NCBI GenBank assembly: GCA_051000345.1
Contig: JBPCOJ010000106.1
Location: 1,775-65,774, forward strand
Length of the DNA: 64,000 bases
Direction: 5' to 3'
From: Pyrinomonadaceae bacterium
Lineage (GTDB): Bacteria; Acidobacteriota; Blastocatellia; Pyrinomonadales; Pyrinomonadaceae
The translations under genes and the position numbers were made by a program. The notes beneath the pieces were generated by a model. That model searched no databases and was not told the origin of the DNA. It saw nothing but the letters and a program-made list of their open reading frames with translations. The first letter of the stretch is position 1. Each line of letters begins with the position of its first letter. This document shows, piece after piece, positions 18,614 through 28,558 of the stretch.

Positions 18614-19009
18614 GTTGGTCTCCTTTGAGAGGTGAGGCGCGCAAAGTTTGACAATGCGACGCGGGATTAGAGGACAGAGTGAGCCGTTGAGAAAAAGCCT
18701 GAATATCATACTCTACATGTCAAGCCTAATGTTTTCTTCATCCTAAACAGCCATAATTCTCCCATTGCACTATCACAATCGTTCCACCGTCGCGTTTTCT
18801 AAGCTGGTAAATTATTTAGAGAACACCACTTATGAACTTATTATGATGTGTGCATAAATTTCGTTGTTATAAATTTAACATTGTGTTACTCTGTTTAAGC
18901 GTTCTTGATGGGCGCTTTTAATCAGGCATTTCCCGCTCTGGAACATGCTCCTCAAGGCCTTCGATAATGTTCGCAACATTCCCCTTGATACTCAGTTTCC
19001 CCGGATCAA

Positions 19010-19852
19010 ATGGTGAGTAAGATGAAAAAATTTCCCTTGGCGCTTTTATTAGCGCTGGCCTGCTTCGCCCCCGCCTTATCGCAAACGAAGGCGCGCAATT
19101 ACTTTGACGACTTCGATAGACCGAGCGGCGTCCGCATTCGCGTGGAAAGTGTGGCGACGACGGCGACGCTTCCGCCCTCGAAGACCGTTCGCCTGACATC
19201 CAAAGCCGTCACCAAAAACGGCAACGCGAGCGCGCAGCCGACTTCCGGCGTTCTCATACAGCCGCGCGGCAACACTTCGATGGCGGCAAGCAAATCGCTT
19301 GACGGGTTCACGACCGGCGATGCGCGCGTCGATTCCTTTATAGTCGATTCGGGCGCGCGCAATGGCGTCGATCCTGTGCTTTTATATTCTGTGATGCATC
19401 AGGAATCTTCGTTTAAGCCGGGCGCGATGTCGAACAAAGGCGCGCGCGGGCTGATGCAACTAATGCCATTGACGGCGGCGCGTTTCGGCGTCGGCAATAT
19501 TTTCGATCCGCGCCAGAACATCGAAGGCGGCGCGCGTTACATACGCCTGCTGCTCAACATGTTCGATGGCGACGTTTCCTTGGCTCTCGCCGGTTACAAT
19601 GCGGGTGAAGGCGCGGTGCTCAAATATGGCCGCCAAGTCCCGCCCTACCGCGAGACGAAAGAATATGTGCGCCGCATTTCGGAGCGTTATAATTTGATGC
19701 GCAACCCGCTAACGCAACGCAACGCGCGGACGGTTACGCGAACGGAAGTCGCCGTCGTTAAGGCCGAAGAGCCTGTGCCTTTGACCGTCTATGAGCAGAA
19801 CGTGTTCGCCGTGCGATTGCCGAACGGAAAGCTGCAACTCGTCAGCCAGTAA
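19010..19852 (+). CDS. lytic transglycosylase (SLT domain)
   Basis: [28 protein letters not shown] and [10 protein letters not shown] are SLT motifs. The alternative ATG at 19022 starts the signal peptide [21 protein letters not shown]. Confidence 0.85.
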   Translation: MVSKMKKFPLALLLALACFAPALSQTKARNYFDDFDRPSGVRIRVESVATTATLPPSKTVRLTSKAVTKNGNASAQPTSGVLIQPRGNTSMAASKSLDGFTTGDARVDSFIVDSGARNGVDPVLLYSVMHQESSFKPGAMSNKGARGLMQLMPLTAARFGVGNIFDPRQNIEGGARYIRLLLNMFDGDVSLALAGYNAGEGAVLKYGRQVPPYRETKEYVRRISERYNLMRNPLTQRNARTVTRTEVAVVKAEEPVPLTVYEQNVFAVRLPNGKLQLVSQ

Positions 19853-20033
19853 ACGATTCAGCGAGTGGTTTTCAAAAGTTTTGCGAAAGCTTAAGCGGGG
19901 CGGAGATTTTCAAGTAGAATCTTCGCTCCGTTTTCCGTTTCGGCGTGCGCGTTATTTTATGTATGATAAGAAGCGCGTCGCAGCAAAATGGTAATCAAGC
20001 GGCGCATGGATTTCAGTAGGAGGCCTCGCTTTC

Positions 20034-21662
20034 TTGTCTAACCCGGCTCTCAATAATTCCGCTTCGCACGCGAGCGGCGTCGCGCGGCCTCGCCGCGCCT
20101 TGATCGTCGCAAACGCCGCAACCACGTCGCTGCAATCGCACCTCGCCGCGTCCGGCTATGAAACTTACACGGCGGTGGCAATTGACGCCACGCGTTTGAT
20201 AGACGAATTTGCGCCCGACATTTTAATCATCGAACTACCGCCCGCAAAAACAGATGAAGCAGGCAACGCGATTGGCGACGATAACGAGTTGGCGCTCGCG
20301 CGCAGGTTGCGCGCGGAGGCCGCGACGTATGCGCTGCCGCTTATCTTCGCTTGGAACACGGATGAGCGCGCGATGCGCAACGCCGCTTTGAACATCGGCG
20401 TCGATGATTATTTTCCGCTCTCGATTCCGCCCGCGCAAATGCTCGCGCGGCTCGATTCGCTTTTCTGGCGCATCGAAGCGGGACGCCGCGCCGCTCCCGT
20501 CGTCGGCGATCAACGCGGCGAAATAGATAATTTCATGTTGATGCTCGATTCCGTGCGCGAAGAAATCACAAGCGGCGCGCGCGGCACGCTGGCGCTCGTC
20601 TACGCAGTTTCGCGCGACGGCAAAGCGAGCATCGACAAAGCGGCGCGAGACCGCACGCTCGCCGAAGCACACGGTTTTCTTAAACTCAATTTGCGCCGCA
20701 TCGACGCCGTCGCCTTCTACGGCCCGACGACGCTCTTCGTTTATCTGCCGCGCATGGCGACACGCGCCGCCGTCGCTGCATTGACACGGCTTCGCGGCGA
20801 GTTTTTGAATGAACGTTTGAACAGCGACATCGCCATCGGCCTCGCTTCGTTCCCGGAAGACGGCGAAGATGTGGAAACGATGATCGAAAAGGCTGAAGCC
20901 GCCGCCGAAGCCGCTCGCGTCAGGGGCGCACACGCGCGCGTCGTGGCCTACACGATGCCGGAGCAAACGCCCGCCGCCGCGCCACACGAATTTGCAACGC
21001 AAGGCCAAACAGCGCTACAGCAAATGCCGCACGCGCCCGCCGCGTCATCATCGCCCGAACCGGCTTCGCAGAGAGAACAGGCCACGCCGCCGCCCGTGCC
21101 GCAGGCCGCAACGCATAAAATCAGTTCCGGCGTCGTTCGGGAAACGCGTATGGCGGATGATGTCGCGCCGGGAATCGTAATGCCCGTGCATAGCAGCCAT
21201 CGAATGCAGGCCAACGGCGTAGATGTCGCGCACGCCGCCGCCGAAGCCGCCGCGCGCGAACGCGAACGTCGTTCAAGCGGAGCCGTCATGCCGCGCCGCC
21301 TTTTGCTGACCGTTTCGGATGCGGCGCGCATGGCGCAACTCAATTCGCTGATACGCTCCGCCGGTTACGAAGCGCGCGCCGCCTTTGACGGTCAACAGGC
21401 ACTCGATTTACTGCGTATCGAACGCCCGGACTTGCTTGTGCTCGATCAGGAACTGCACGGTATCGACGGCGTTGAAACTCTGCGCCGTTTGCGGCAACAA
21501 GGCGGCGGACGGCTCACCTTGCCCGTGCTGCTGTTGATGCCGTCGAACAACGAGAACGTCCGCAGCGAAGCGCTCAAACTCGGCGCGCGCAGCGTGGTCA
21601 CGACTCCCTATGATCCGGCGGACTTGCTGGAAAACGTGCGCATCGCCGGAAGCGTCGAGTAA
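20034..21662 (+). CDS. pseudo-receiver / degenerate GGDEF-like / receiver three-domain signalling protein
   Basis: 542 aa with a TTG start after a GTAGGAGG SD. The N-terminal REC-like fold has E instead of the acceptor Asp (DILIIELPP). The central GGDEF-fold lacks the GGDEF signature (AFYGPTTLFVYLP). A P/A-rich linker follows. The C-terminal REC carries an acceptor Asp (DLLVLDQELHGIDG). Confidence 0.7.
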   Translation: MSNPALNNSASHASGVARPRRALIVANAATTSLQSHLAASGYETYTAVAIDATRLIDEFAPDILIIELPPAKTDEAGNAIGDDNELALARRLRAEAATYALPLIFAWNTDERAMRNAALNIGVDDYFPLSIPPAQMLARLDSLFWRIEAGRRAAPVVGDQRGEIDNFMLMLDSVREEITSGARGTLALVYAVSRDGKASIDKAARDRTLAEAHGFLKLNLRRIDAVAFYGPTTLFVYLPRMATRAAVAALTRLRGEFLNERLNSDIAIGLASFPEDGEDVETMIEKAEAAAEAARVRGAHARVVAYTMPEQTPAAAPHEFATQGQTALQQMPHAPAASSSPEPASQREQATPPPVPQAATHKISSGVVRETRMADDVAPGIVMPVHSSHRMQANGVDVAHAAAEAAARERERRSSGAVMPRRLLLTVSDAARMAQLNSLIRSAGYEARAAFDGQQALDLLRIERPDLLVLDQELHGIDGVETLRRLRQQGGGRLTLPVLLLMPSNNENVRSEALKLGARSVVTTPYDPADLLENVRIAGSVE

Positions 21663-21665
21663 GAA

Positions 21666-22289
21666 ATGACGTTTTATTGCCAGACGTGCGGCTCGAGCAT
21701 TGCGCCCGGCGCGCGTTTCTGTTCCGGGTGCGGAAGCATCGCCGTCGATCCCGAAACAACGCGCATGGCTGCCGTCAATGTCGCTGCGCCGACTAACTCT
21801 GTGCGCGACACGTTGCCATCCCAAACGCGCAACGCAGAATCGAACGAAGTCGAGCGCGCCGTCTTCACGATAAGCCCGACGCGGCTCTTCGTTAAGACGG
21901 GCTACGCGGCGGCAGCAATGTGCTCGATTATGCTGATTGTGCTGCTCGCGCTCGTCAACGCTCCGCCGCTCGCATCCGTGCTATTCGGGCTGTCGCTTCT
22001 GCTCGTTCCCGCTTTTTATCATTTTCGCCTGAACACGATTCGTTACACGTTGACTGATTCTAAAATTGAAATCAGCGAAGGACTTTTCGCCAAGACGACG
22101 CGCAATATTCCTTTGCGCAATATTCAGGACGTGACCGTTTCCGCGAGCATCGCGCAACGCCTGCTCGGTGTCGGCAACATACTGATCGACAACGCGAGCG
22201 AAGCGGGCGGCAAAACAATCTTGCGTAACATACGCAACCCGCGCCGCCACGCCGATCTGCTTTTGCGCGAACTCCGCCGCTGGCGCTAA
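21666..22289 (+). CDS. zinc-ribbon + bacterial PH (bPH_2/YdbS-T-like) membrane protein
   Basis: 207 aa with CQTCGSSIAPGARFCSGCG, two TM helices, then YTLTDSKIEISEGLFAKTTRNIPLRNIQDV, which is typical of bPH_2. It starts 4 nt after the preceding stop. Confidence 0.6.
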   Translation: MTFYCQTCGSSIAPGARFCSGCGSIAVDPETTRMAAVNVAAPTNSVRDTLPSQTRNAESNEVERAVFTISPTRLFVKTGYAAAAMCSIMLIVLLALVNAPPLASVLFGLSLLLVPAFYHFRLNTIRYTLTDSKIEISEGLFAKTTRNIPLRNIQDVTVSASIAQRLLGVGNILIDNASEAGGKTILRNIRNPRRHADLLLRELRRWR

Positions 22290-22402
22290 TCGCTTCTTCG
22301 CAATGTTTTATGCGCAACCGCGCGAACGGCGTGGAACATCTAACTTCTTCCGGTGTCTAAACAATTTTGCTTGTTCGATGATTCCCGCGCGAGAGGTCTA
22401 TT

Positions 22403-23584
22403 TTGCTGATTCAACGTTTATCGAAACTGCCTTTTATACTCCTGTTGCTTTCGTATCTTTGTGTGCTGGCGACGGCAAACACCTTCGACCAATCCGGTGA
22501 GGCAGCGAAGATGCTGCCCGAACGCGTCGGGGAGTTTCGCGCGCAGGCCACAGCACATTCTTTCAGCGCTCAGGATTTCAATGCTGTATCCGGCGCATCG
22601 CGCGAGTATCGATCCGCGAAGGGCGAGAGAGTGAAAGTCACTCTTCTTAAAACGCGCTCCGATTCCAGTGCTTACGCGCTTTTGACAGTCCCGTTATACA
22701 AAACAGATGAAAAGGAACAGAGTTTCAATAAAATTTCACCGCTACAGCTTACAAAAACAAATGAAGCAGGCACCGCCAGCATCGTGTCGCCGGGTAATAT
22801 TATTTTTTTCAAAGGCGCGAATGTAGTGGTCGTAGATGCGATAGCCAAAGATACGAACTCTGCGGAAACTGCGCTCGCCTTTGCGCGCCCTTTTGCGCAA
22901 ACTCTTGAGGCTAACGAAAACGAAATTCCCGTGCTCGTCAAACATCTTCCCGATTGGGAAACGGCGCAGGCGCACGCGGCTTATGCCGTCAGCCTCGCTT
23001 CGCTGAAAAATATAATCGAAGGCCAGCCCGTGCTCGATGCTCTTGATTTTATAGAGGGAACCGAAGCCGTCGTCGCGCCTTATGATTCGTCGCAACTCGC
23101 CATCTTGGAATACACGACCCCGCAGATTGCAGCGGACAACGATGCACGCGTGAAGGAATCTATCAACAAATTGCGCGGCGAAAATCAGCCTGCGCCTTCT
23201 GCTTACAGGCGCGTCGGCAACTATTCAGTTTTCGTTTTCAATGCGCCGAACGCACAGACAGCCGAAAATTTAATCAATCAGGTTCACTATGAACAGCTCG
23301 TGCAGTGGCTCGGCGATAATCCGCGCGCATTGCAGCGCGCCCAGCATGAATATGCGGCGACAACCGCCGCAGTGATTTTGTCGGTGCTCAAAGCTTCCGG
23401 CCTCGCGCTCATCTTGTGCCTCGGCGTCGGCGTGATGTTCGGCGGCATAGTTTTTCGCCGCCGCCGCGCCCAACAGACGGCAAACGCCGCCTATACGGAT
23501 GCAGGCGGGCTGATGCGCCTCAACCTCGATAATCTGTCAGCGCAAACAGACCCCGCCAGATTGCTCGGTAAAGGCGAAAATTAA
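22403..23584 (+). CDS. secreted protein with C-terminal TM anchor, unknown function
   Basis: 393 aa with a TTG start after a GAGAGG SD. It has a signal peptide and a C-terminal hydrophobic helix (AAVILSVLKASGLALILCLGVGVMFGGIVF) followed by RRRR. Confidence 0.6.
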   Translation: MLIQRLSKLPFILLLLSYLCVLATANTFDQSGEAAKMLPERVGEFRAQATAHSFSAQDFNAVSGASREYRSAKGERVKVTLLKTRSDSSAYALLTVPLYKTDEKEQSFNKISPLQLTKTNEAGTASIVSPGNIIFFKGANVVVVDAIAKDTNSAETALAFARPFAQTLEANENEIPVLVKHLPDWETAQAHAAYAVSLASLKNIIEGQPVLDALDFIEGTEAVVAPYDSSQLAILEYTTPQIAADNDARVKESINKLRGENQPAPSAYRRVGNYSVFVFNAPNAQTAENLINQVHYEQLVQWLGDNPRALQRAQHEYAATTAAVILSVLKASGLALILCLGVGVMFGGIVFRRRRAQQTANAAYTDAGGLMRLNLDNLSAQTDPARLLGKGEN

Positions 23585-23609
23585 ATTGCGGTGCAAGCTT
23601 CGGTCATAG

Positions 23610-23651
23610 AAAAAGCGGCGTTAAGGTCAACCACCTTAACGCCGCTTTTTC
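23610..23651 (+). terminator. Rho-independent terminator
   Basis: Stem agcggcgttaaggt / accttaacgccgct (14 bp) followed by ttttt. It lies 25 nt after the stop at 23584. Confidence 0.85.
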
Positions 23652-23674
23652 TATGTACCCTTAAAAAGTTTGCG

Positions 23675-23732
23675 GGTTGCCGGTCTTCCTGTAAGGCTCC
23701 CCCAAGCCTGTTCAGGACGATGACCGGCAACC
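23675..23732. other. long imperfect hairpin within a 480-bp non-coding gap (candidate sRNA 3' end on the minus strand)
   Basis: Outer arms ggttgccggtc / gaccggcaacc (11 bp, perfect). Inner helices tcctg/cagga and aggct/agcct. On the minus strand the hairpin is followed 7 nt later by TTTTT (23667-23663). Confidence 0.5.
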
Positions 23733-24130
23733 TAGCAACTTAATGCTCTTATGACCGCTTTGCGATTGATGACCCCGTTCCCCCGAAAGAGCCATCATTT
23801 GCTTTTTAGAATGAGAGAACGCCTCCCCCAAAGCCTTCACTCATTGCCGTCGTTCGAGCCTACCCACTCTAACCCCTTAATCTACTCTTATCATTTTAAC
23901 CGTTTTGCCCTAGTGCAACGCCCGTGCCATGCGGCTTGTGTAGCAAGTAACAGCAAGCTCTTGCACGTTTTCCTAGTAAAAACTATTGCTATGAAAGTCG
24001 ATAGTTAGAGACCAACTACGGCAGCTAAGAGTAAATTGCACTTTTCTAATACAAGAGCACCGTATCTCTGAATTATTTTAATTCACGAAAAGCAAAGGTC
24101 GCAGTTATGTGATTGAAGCAAGCTAAGCAA

Positions 24131-25255
24131 TCAGGGCAAAGCATTGATGAGCGCGTCTATTTCGCCAGCGTTATTGTACATGTGCGGCGAAATCCGCAGG
24201 CGTTCTCCGCGTGGCGCGACGATGATATTTTGTTGCTGAAGATGTGCGTAGAGCGCCTTCGCCGTGTGGTCTCCCTTGTGGCGGATGCAAACGATCTGCG
24301 ATTTTTCACCGACACTCCGCGAACTAATAATTTCGTAATCGCGCCCGCGCAATCCTTCGCACAAATAATCCGTCAAGTCATTCAAGTGCGCGGCAATGGA
24401 TTCGATGCCCGTTTCGTGCAGCAGTTTCAAGCTCGCTTCAAGCCCGTGAATTAAGGCCGTCGCCGCCGTGCCTGTTTCCCACGCGAGCGCGCCCTCGCTC
24501 CACTCCTGCTCGAAATTGCTGTAATCCTCCGGGTCACGCACGCTGACCCAACCGACGAGCGTCGGCTCGATTCTCTCTCTCGCGCGGTCAGAGAGATACA
24601 GCACCCCGACGCCTTCCGGCGTCAGCAGCCATTTGTGGCAAGCGCTCGCGGCAACGTCCACCAGTTCAGCTTCGACATCGATCGGCAGCACGCCGAGCGC
24701 CTGAATTACATCGACCACCAGCAGCGCATCGTGCGCCCGCGCCGCACGTCCGAGACGCTCTAAATCCGCGCGAAAGCCTGAAGCATACTGCACCCAGCTA
24801 ATGGCGACGACGCGCGTGCGCCCGTCAATCAAATTGATAAGCTCGTCCAAATCTATGCGCCCGTTTCGTTCCTCGCAAAAGCGAATTTCGACGCCGTATA
24901 CTTCGCGCAAACGCAGCCATGGATAAATGTTCGACGGAAATTCGCCGCGAAAAGTGACGATGTTATCGCCCGCCTGCCAGCGCAAGCCGTTGGCGACAGT
25001 CGAAAGGCCGTCCGAAGTATTGCGCATAAAAGCAATCTGCTCCGGGCGCGCGCCGAGCAGCGCCGCCATTAATTTTCGCGCATTCTCTTTCACCGCCACC
25101 CAGCGCCGGTAGTGCAGCGAGCCGTTCCGCGCCACATCTTCCAGATGCGCTGTGACGGCTTGGATGGTCGGCGCGGGCGGCGGAGAGACAGCCGCGTGAT
25201 TCAAATAAACCGTATGCTCCGAAATAGGAAAAAGCGCGCGCAAATCTTCGTTCAT
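24131..25255 (-). CDS. class V aminotransferase / cysteine-desulfurase-like PLP enzyme
   Basis: 374 aa. YLNHAAVSPPP and the SACHKWLLTPEGVGVLY PLP-lysine motif are present. Confidence 0.85.
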   Translation of the reverse strand: MNEDLRALFPISEHTVYLNHAAVSPPPAPTIQAVTAHLEDVARNGSLHYRRWVAVKENARKLMAALLGARPEQIAFMRNTSDGLSTVANGLRWQAGDNIVTFRGEFPSNIYPWLRLREVYGVEIRFCEERNGRIDLDELINLIDGRTRVVAISWVQYASGFRADLERLGRAARAHDALLVVDVIQALGVLPIDVEAELVDVAASACHKWLLTPEGVGVLYLSDRARERIEPTLVGWVSVRDPEDYSNFEQEWSEGALAWETGTAATALIHGLEASLKLLHETGIESIAAHLNDLTDYLCEGLRGRDYEIISSRSVGEKSQIVCIRHKGDHTAKALYAHLQQQNIIVAPRGERLRISPHMYNNAGEIDALINALP

Positions 25256-25353
25256 AAAAACTCACAAAAAGCTTTTTGTCTGCACATTCATAATTTTTAG
25301 CCGGGCAGATTACTCGCGCCACGAGGCTCTCGCGGAATTAGGCTTTCGCGTCG

Positions 25354-26418
25354 CTACGTGTTCGCTTTCCTTGATAATTCAAACGCTGCTCTGATTTCGC
25401 CGACTATATCGCCGCGATGATTCTGCACGGGAAAGCTGCTGTAAGGAGCAAGCTCGTGGAGCGCTTCAGCGGAAAGCACGCCGAGCTGCCGCAGGGCTTC
25501 GATAACGACTGTCGGGCGTCCGCGACGATCTTCGCCATCTTCGATTTTGAGCGCGAGACCCAGACCGCGCGGCCACTCTTTTGAAGGCAGCACGCCGACG
25601 GTGTACACGCCCTCCGCGCCGACTTTTGAAATGAGTCGTCCATCTGTTGCGCGCATTAATTCCGTGTCGAGGCGTTCGATTGTGCCGCCGACCATTTCGG
25701 GATGCGTCGTCATTGCCGAAACGATTCGCTCGCACGCCACGCGCGTTTTGCCGTCGAAATCTTCCGGCGGCGCGACCAACCGCGCGTACATCAAGGCCAT
25801 CGCCTGAACCGGAATGCCGAAGACAGGCACGCCGCAACCGTCCACGCCAATCGCAATTTCTTCAATGGCAACATCGGAAAACTCTGCCACCGTTTCCCTT
25901 ATCGTTTTTTGCACGGGATTGTCCGGCGAGTCGTAGCTTTTTGTTTCTGCTCCGAGATGAAGCGCCAGCGCGAGCATTCCCGTGTGCTTGCCCGAACAAT
26001 TATTTTGCAGCACGTTCGGGCTGATCCCGCGCTCCTGCATTTCGCGCGCGACTTCGCGGCTGAACGGTTCATGCTTGCCGCACTTCAAAGCGCTTTCGTC
26101 GAGACCTATTTTATGAAGCATCGTCGCCACGGTTTGCGTGTGGACGGGTTCGCCGCTGTGCGAGCCGCAACAGATCGCAATCTCCTGCGCGGTGAAATTG
26201 AATCTATCCGCCGCGCCGGAAGCGACGAGTGGAACGGCCTGATGCGGCTTCGCAGATGAGCGCAAATAGGTCGTAATTTCGGGCGCGCCGAGTTGCGCGA
26301 TAATCTGCCCGTCAGCATCGACGGCGACGAGATGCCCGCGATGGCGCGATTCGATAAGATGGCCGCGCGTTACTTCGACGAGCGGCGCGGGCGTCGGAAT
26401 CTGTTTTACCTTCATCAT
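25354..26418 (-). CDS. asparaginase II family protein
   Basis: 354 aa. VEVTRGHLIESRHRGHLVAVDADG and NCSGKHTGML resemble Pfam Asparaginase_II. Confidence 0.8.
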   Translation of the reverse strand: MMKVKQIPTPAPLVEVTRGHLIESRHRGHLVAVDADGQIIAQLGAPEITTYLRSSAKPHQAVPLVASGAADRFNFTAQEIAICCGSHSGEPVHTQTVATMLHKIGLDESALKCGKHEPFSREVAREMQERGISPNVLQNNCSGKHTGMLALALHLGAETKSYDSPDNPVQKTIRETVAEFSDVAIEEIAIGVDGCGVPVFGIPVQAMALMYARLVAPPEDFDGKTRVACERIVSAMTTHPEMVGGTIERLDTELMRATDGRLISKVGAEGVYTVGVLPSKEWPRGLGLALKIEDGEDRRGRPTVVIEALRQLGVLSAEALHELAPYSSFPVQNHRGDIVGEIRAAFELSRKANT

Positions 26419-27687
26419 CTATTCATCGGCGACGGGCAAATTCGGCGTCATGGTTTTCGCGCGCGGCGGGCGCACGCCGCCTGTACGCTCGTACAATTTG
26501 CGTCCCTTCCACATCACGCCGCTGCCGGTCGCAATTTTAATGGTCGAGTTGGCGAGGATGGCGACGAACAAAGCATGTCCGAGCGGCACAGTGAAAGCAT
26601 ACGAGATCGGCACACCGCACCTTTTATTAACAATCGCAAAAATCGAAACTTGAATTATCCACACCAGCGCCATCGGCACAAACACGCGCAGCCAACCGGT
26701 TCCCGCCTGCGTGCCGTTCGCCATGCCGACGATTACGCACCACAGCGCGATGAACAGCGGCGCGACGGCGAAGATCAGCACGCCGATGCCGCCCGCCGCC
26801 GCCTTGAGCAACGAAAACTCCGCGCCCGCAAACAGATTTTTCGTGAAGCCTTCCCATATTTCACTGAAGTTGGTTTGCATTCTGGTGCTGCACAAATCCG
26901 GCGCGTACTCTATGCGCAGCCGCGCGCCCGAACGCTTCAAGGCTTCCGCCATGCGCAAGTCTTCCGCCACTTCCGCGCGCACCGCATTGTATTCGCCGAC
27001 GCGCTGCAAAGCTTCGCGCCGCATTAGAAAAAAACCGCCGATGCCGATTGCCTCGCGCCGCTTCGGATCGTTGACGCGGTGAACGGGGAGCGCGACGACC
27101 ATGAACCAACCGAACACGGGCATAAACACGCGCTCCCAAAACGACAAGCAATCGACGCGCGGAATAAACGTCACCGCATCGTAAGTGCCTGTTAGCGCCG
27201 TCACCATCGCCGTTCGCAATGCGCGGCGTTCATAAATCATATCGGCGTCTGTCGCAAGCACCCATTCGCCGCGTGATGCCGCAAGCGCCTGCTGCATCGC
27301 GCGCGGCTTGCCGAGCCATCCGTCCGGCAGCGGCGCGCCGTCGATCCCGCGCAGGCGTTCGTTTGTCTTCGCCAGCGCGTGCAACATTTCTCCGGTTCGA
27401 TCCGTCGAGCGATCATCAACCGCGACGATCTCGAAATTTCCATAATCCTGCGCGAGCATCGAATTGATTGCCGCGCCGAGCACGCGTTTTTCTTCGTTGC
27501 GCGCCGGAACGAGAATGGAAACAAGCGGCGCATCGCTTTGTTTTAAGTTCTCAAAGTCGTTCGCAACGGGCGCAAGCGATGGTTGGCGCGCTAAGCCGCG
27601 CAACGTCAAAAAAGCGCCGATCAGCCATAGCGCAACCGTCACCCATGCGATGCCCGCAAGCCAGTTAAGCGCAGTCAACTCGAACAT
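26419..27687 (-). CDS. family 2 glycosyltransferase, membrane-embedded
   Basis: 422 aa with ILVPARNEE, VDDRSTDRT and ATDADM motifs. TM helices flank the catalytic domain. Its stop abuts the next gene's start. Confidence 0.8.
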   Translation of the reverse strand: MFELTALNWLAGIAWVTVALWLIGAFLTLRGLARQPSLAPVANDFENLKQSDAPLVSILVPARNEEKRVLGAAINSMLAQDYGNFEIVAVDDRSTDRTGEMLHALAKTNERLRGIDGAPLPDGWLGKPRAMQQALAASRGEWVLATDADMIYERRALRTAMVTALTGTYDAVTFIPRVDCLSFWERVFMPVFGWFMVVALPVHRVNDPKRREAIGIGGFFLMRREALQRVGEYNAVRAEVAEDLRMAEALKRSGARLRIEYAPDLCSTRMQTNFSEIWEGFTKNLFAGAEFSLLKAAAGGIGVLIFAVAPLFIALWCVIVGMANGTQAGTGWLRVFVPMALVWIIQVSIFAIVNKRCGVPISYAFTVPLGHALFVAILANSTIKIATGSGVMWKGRKLYERTGGVRPPRAKTMTPNLPVADE

Positions 27688-27860
27688 AATTTAAGAATTC
27701 ACAACGAGAAAACGACGAGAAAATTTAGAGGCTCATCTTACCATGCCTGCCATGCTCCACGAATGTTGCGGCTTCACCGCACCTTATGCCATTTGCAAAT
27801 GCGAATCGCTATAAACACACCACGCGTGAAGACGTGAATTGAACAAACAACATTCCGAAC

Positions 27861-27893
27861 ATAAGAAAAGGCCGCTGACTTATACAGCGGCCT
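27861..27893 (-). terminator. Rho-independent terminator of the 3D-domain gene
   Basis: Stem ggccgctg / cagcggcc. On the minus strand it is followed by ttttcttatgtt. Confidence 0.65.
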
Positions 27894-27928
27894 CTTTATA
27901 AAATTCTCCGGCAACAATAGCGAGCGAA

Positions 27929-28558
27929 TTAACTGCCGCGTGAATTGCGTGCGCTGCTGGCACGTTTTCCGCCGTAGCTCAACACCGTCAGCCGAACGCT
28001 GCGGCGTCCGAAGCGGCGTGCTTCACTTGTCGTAGGAACCCACACATCTATTCTTCGCCCGCGCACGCCGCCGCCCGTGTCCGTCACAAGGTAAACGCCC
28101 GTGTATGAACCGGCTTCGATGCGCACGCTCGATCCGAGCGGCAACACTGTGCGATCCGTCGCAATCATGCCCTTGCCGACGACAAGCCCGCTGGCGGTTC
28201 GTCCTTGCAAGCAGTAAGCGGTGGCAACATAGTTTTGCGCGGCGGCGGCCCGTGGCGTAGCGTTCGACGCCGAAACAGCAAGCGGCATCATTTCGCGTGT
28301 GGCCTTCGGCGCAGTTGTTTTATGAATTGTCTTTGAAACTTTTGCCGTTGCATCGACTGTCGCATCGACGTGAAGCGCGTTGGAAGCGAGCGATGCTTTC
28401 GTTATCGTCGCGGCAAAGGGAATGTCTTGCTCTTGTCGATTTAGGGTTTGGTGCGAAGCGGCGTTCGGTTCGGCAACGAGCGGGCGAGCGTAAAAAGCGA
28501 ATGAGCCTAAAAGCAGCGCGGTGGTCAAAGCGGCACTGCCGCTCAAGAGGGATTTCAT
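27929..28558 (-). CDS. secreted 3D-domain (MltA/RlpA-like fold) protein
   Basis: 209 aa with a signal peptide. The C-terminus is YVATAYCLQGRTASG..GMIATDRTVLPLGSSVRIE..YLVTDTGGGVRGRRIDVW. Confidence 0.75.
   Translation of the reverse strand: MKSLLSGSAALTTALLLGSFAFYARPLVAEPNAASHQTLNRQEQDIPFAATITKASLASNALHVDATVDATAKVSKTIHKTTAPKATREMMPLAVSASNATPRAAAAQNYVATAYCLQGRTASGLVVGKGMIATDRTVLPLGSSVRIEAGSYTGVYLVTDTGGGVRGRRIDVWVPTTSEARRFGRRSVRLTVLSYGGKRASSARNSRGS

Noticed and set aside
23675-23732. Hairpin considered as a bacterial SRP (4.5S) RNA domain IV.
   Set aside because: The highly conserved GUCAGGUCCGGAAGGAAGCAGC core and GGAA tetraloop are absent on both strands. Only a vague CAGGAAGAC resemblance exists.
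23653-24130. Gap considered as tmRNA (minus strand GGGGUUAGAG...GGCUCGAACGACGG...UAAAAAGC resembles a tmRNA 5' end) or as RNase P RNA.
   Set aside because: No T-arm (GGUUCGAxUCC) or 3' acceptor/CCA partner is present on either side, so a permuted gene is also unsupported. The putative tag frame ends ...IAKRS rather than a hydrophobic LAA-type tail. No P4 motifs (GAGGAAAGUCC / ACAGAAxxCGGCUUA) are present for RNase P.
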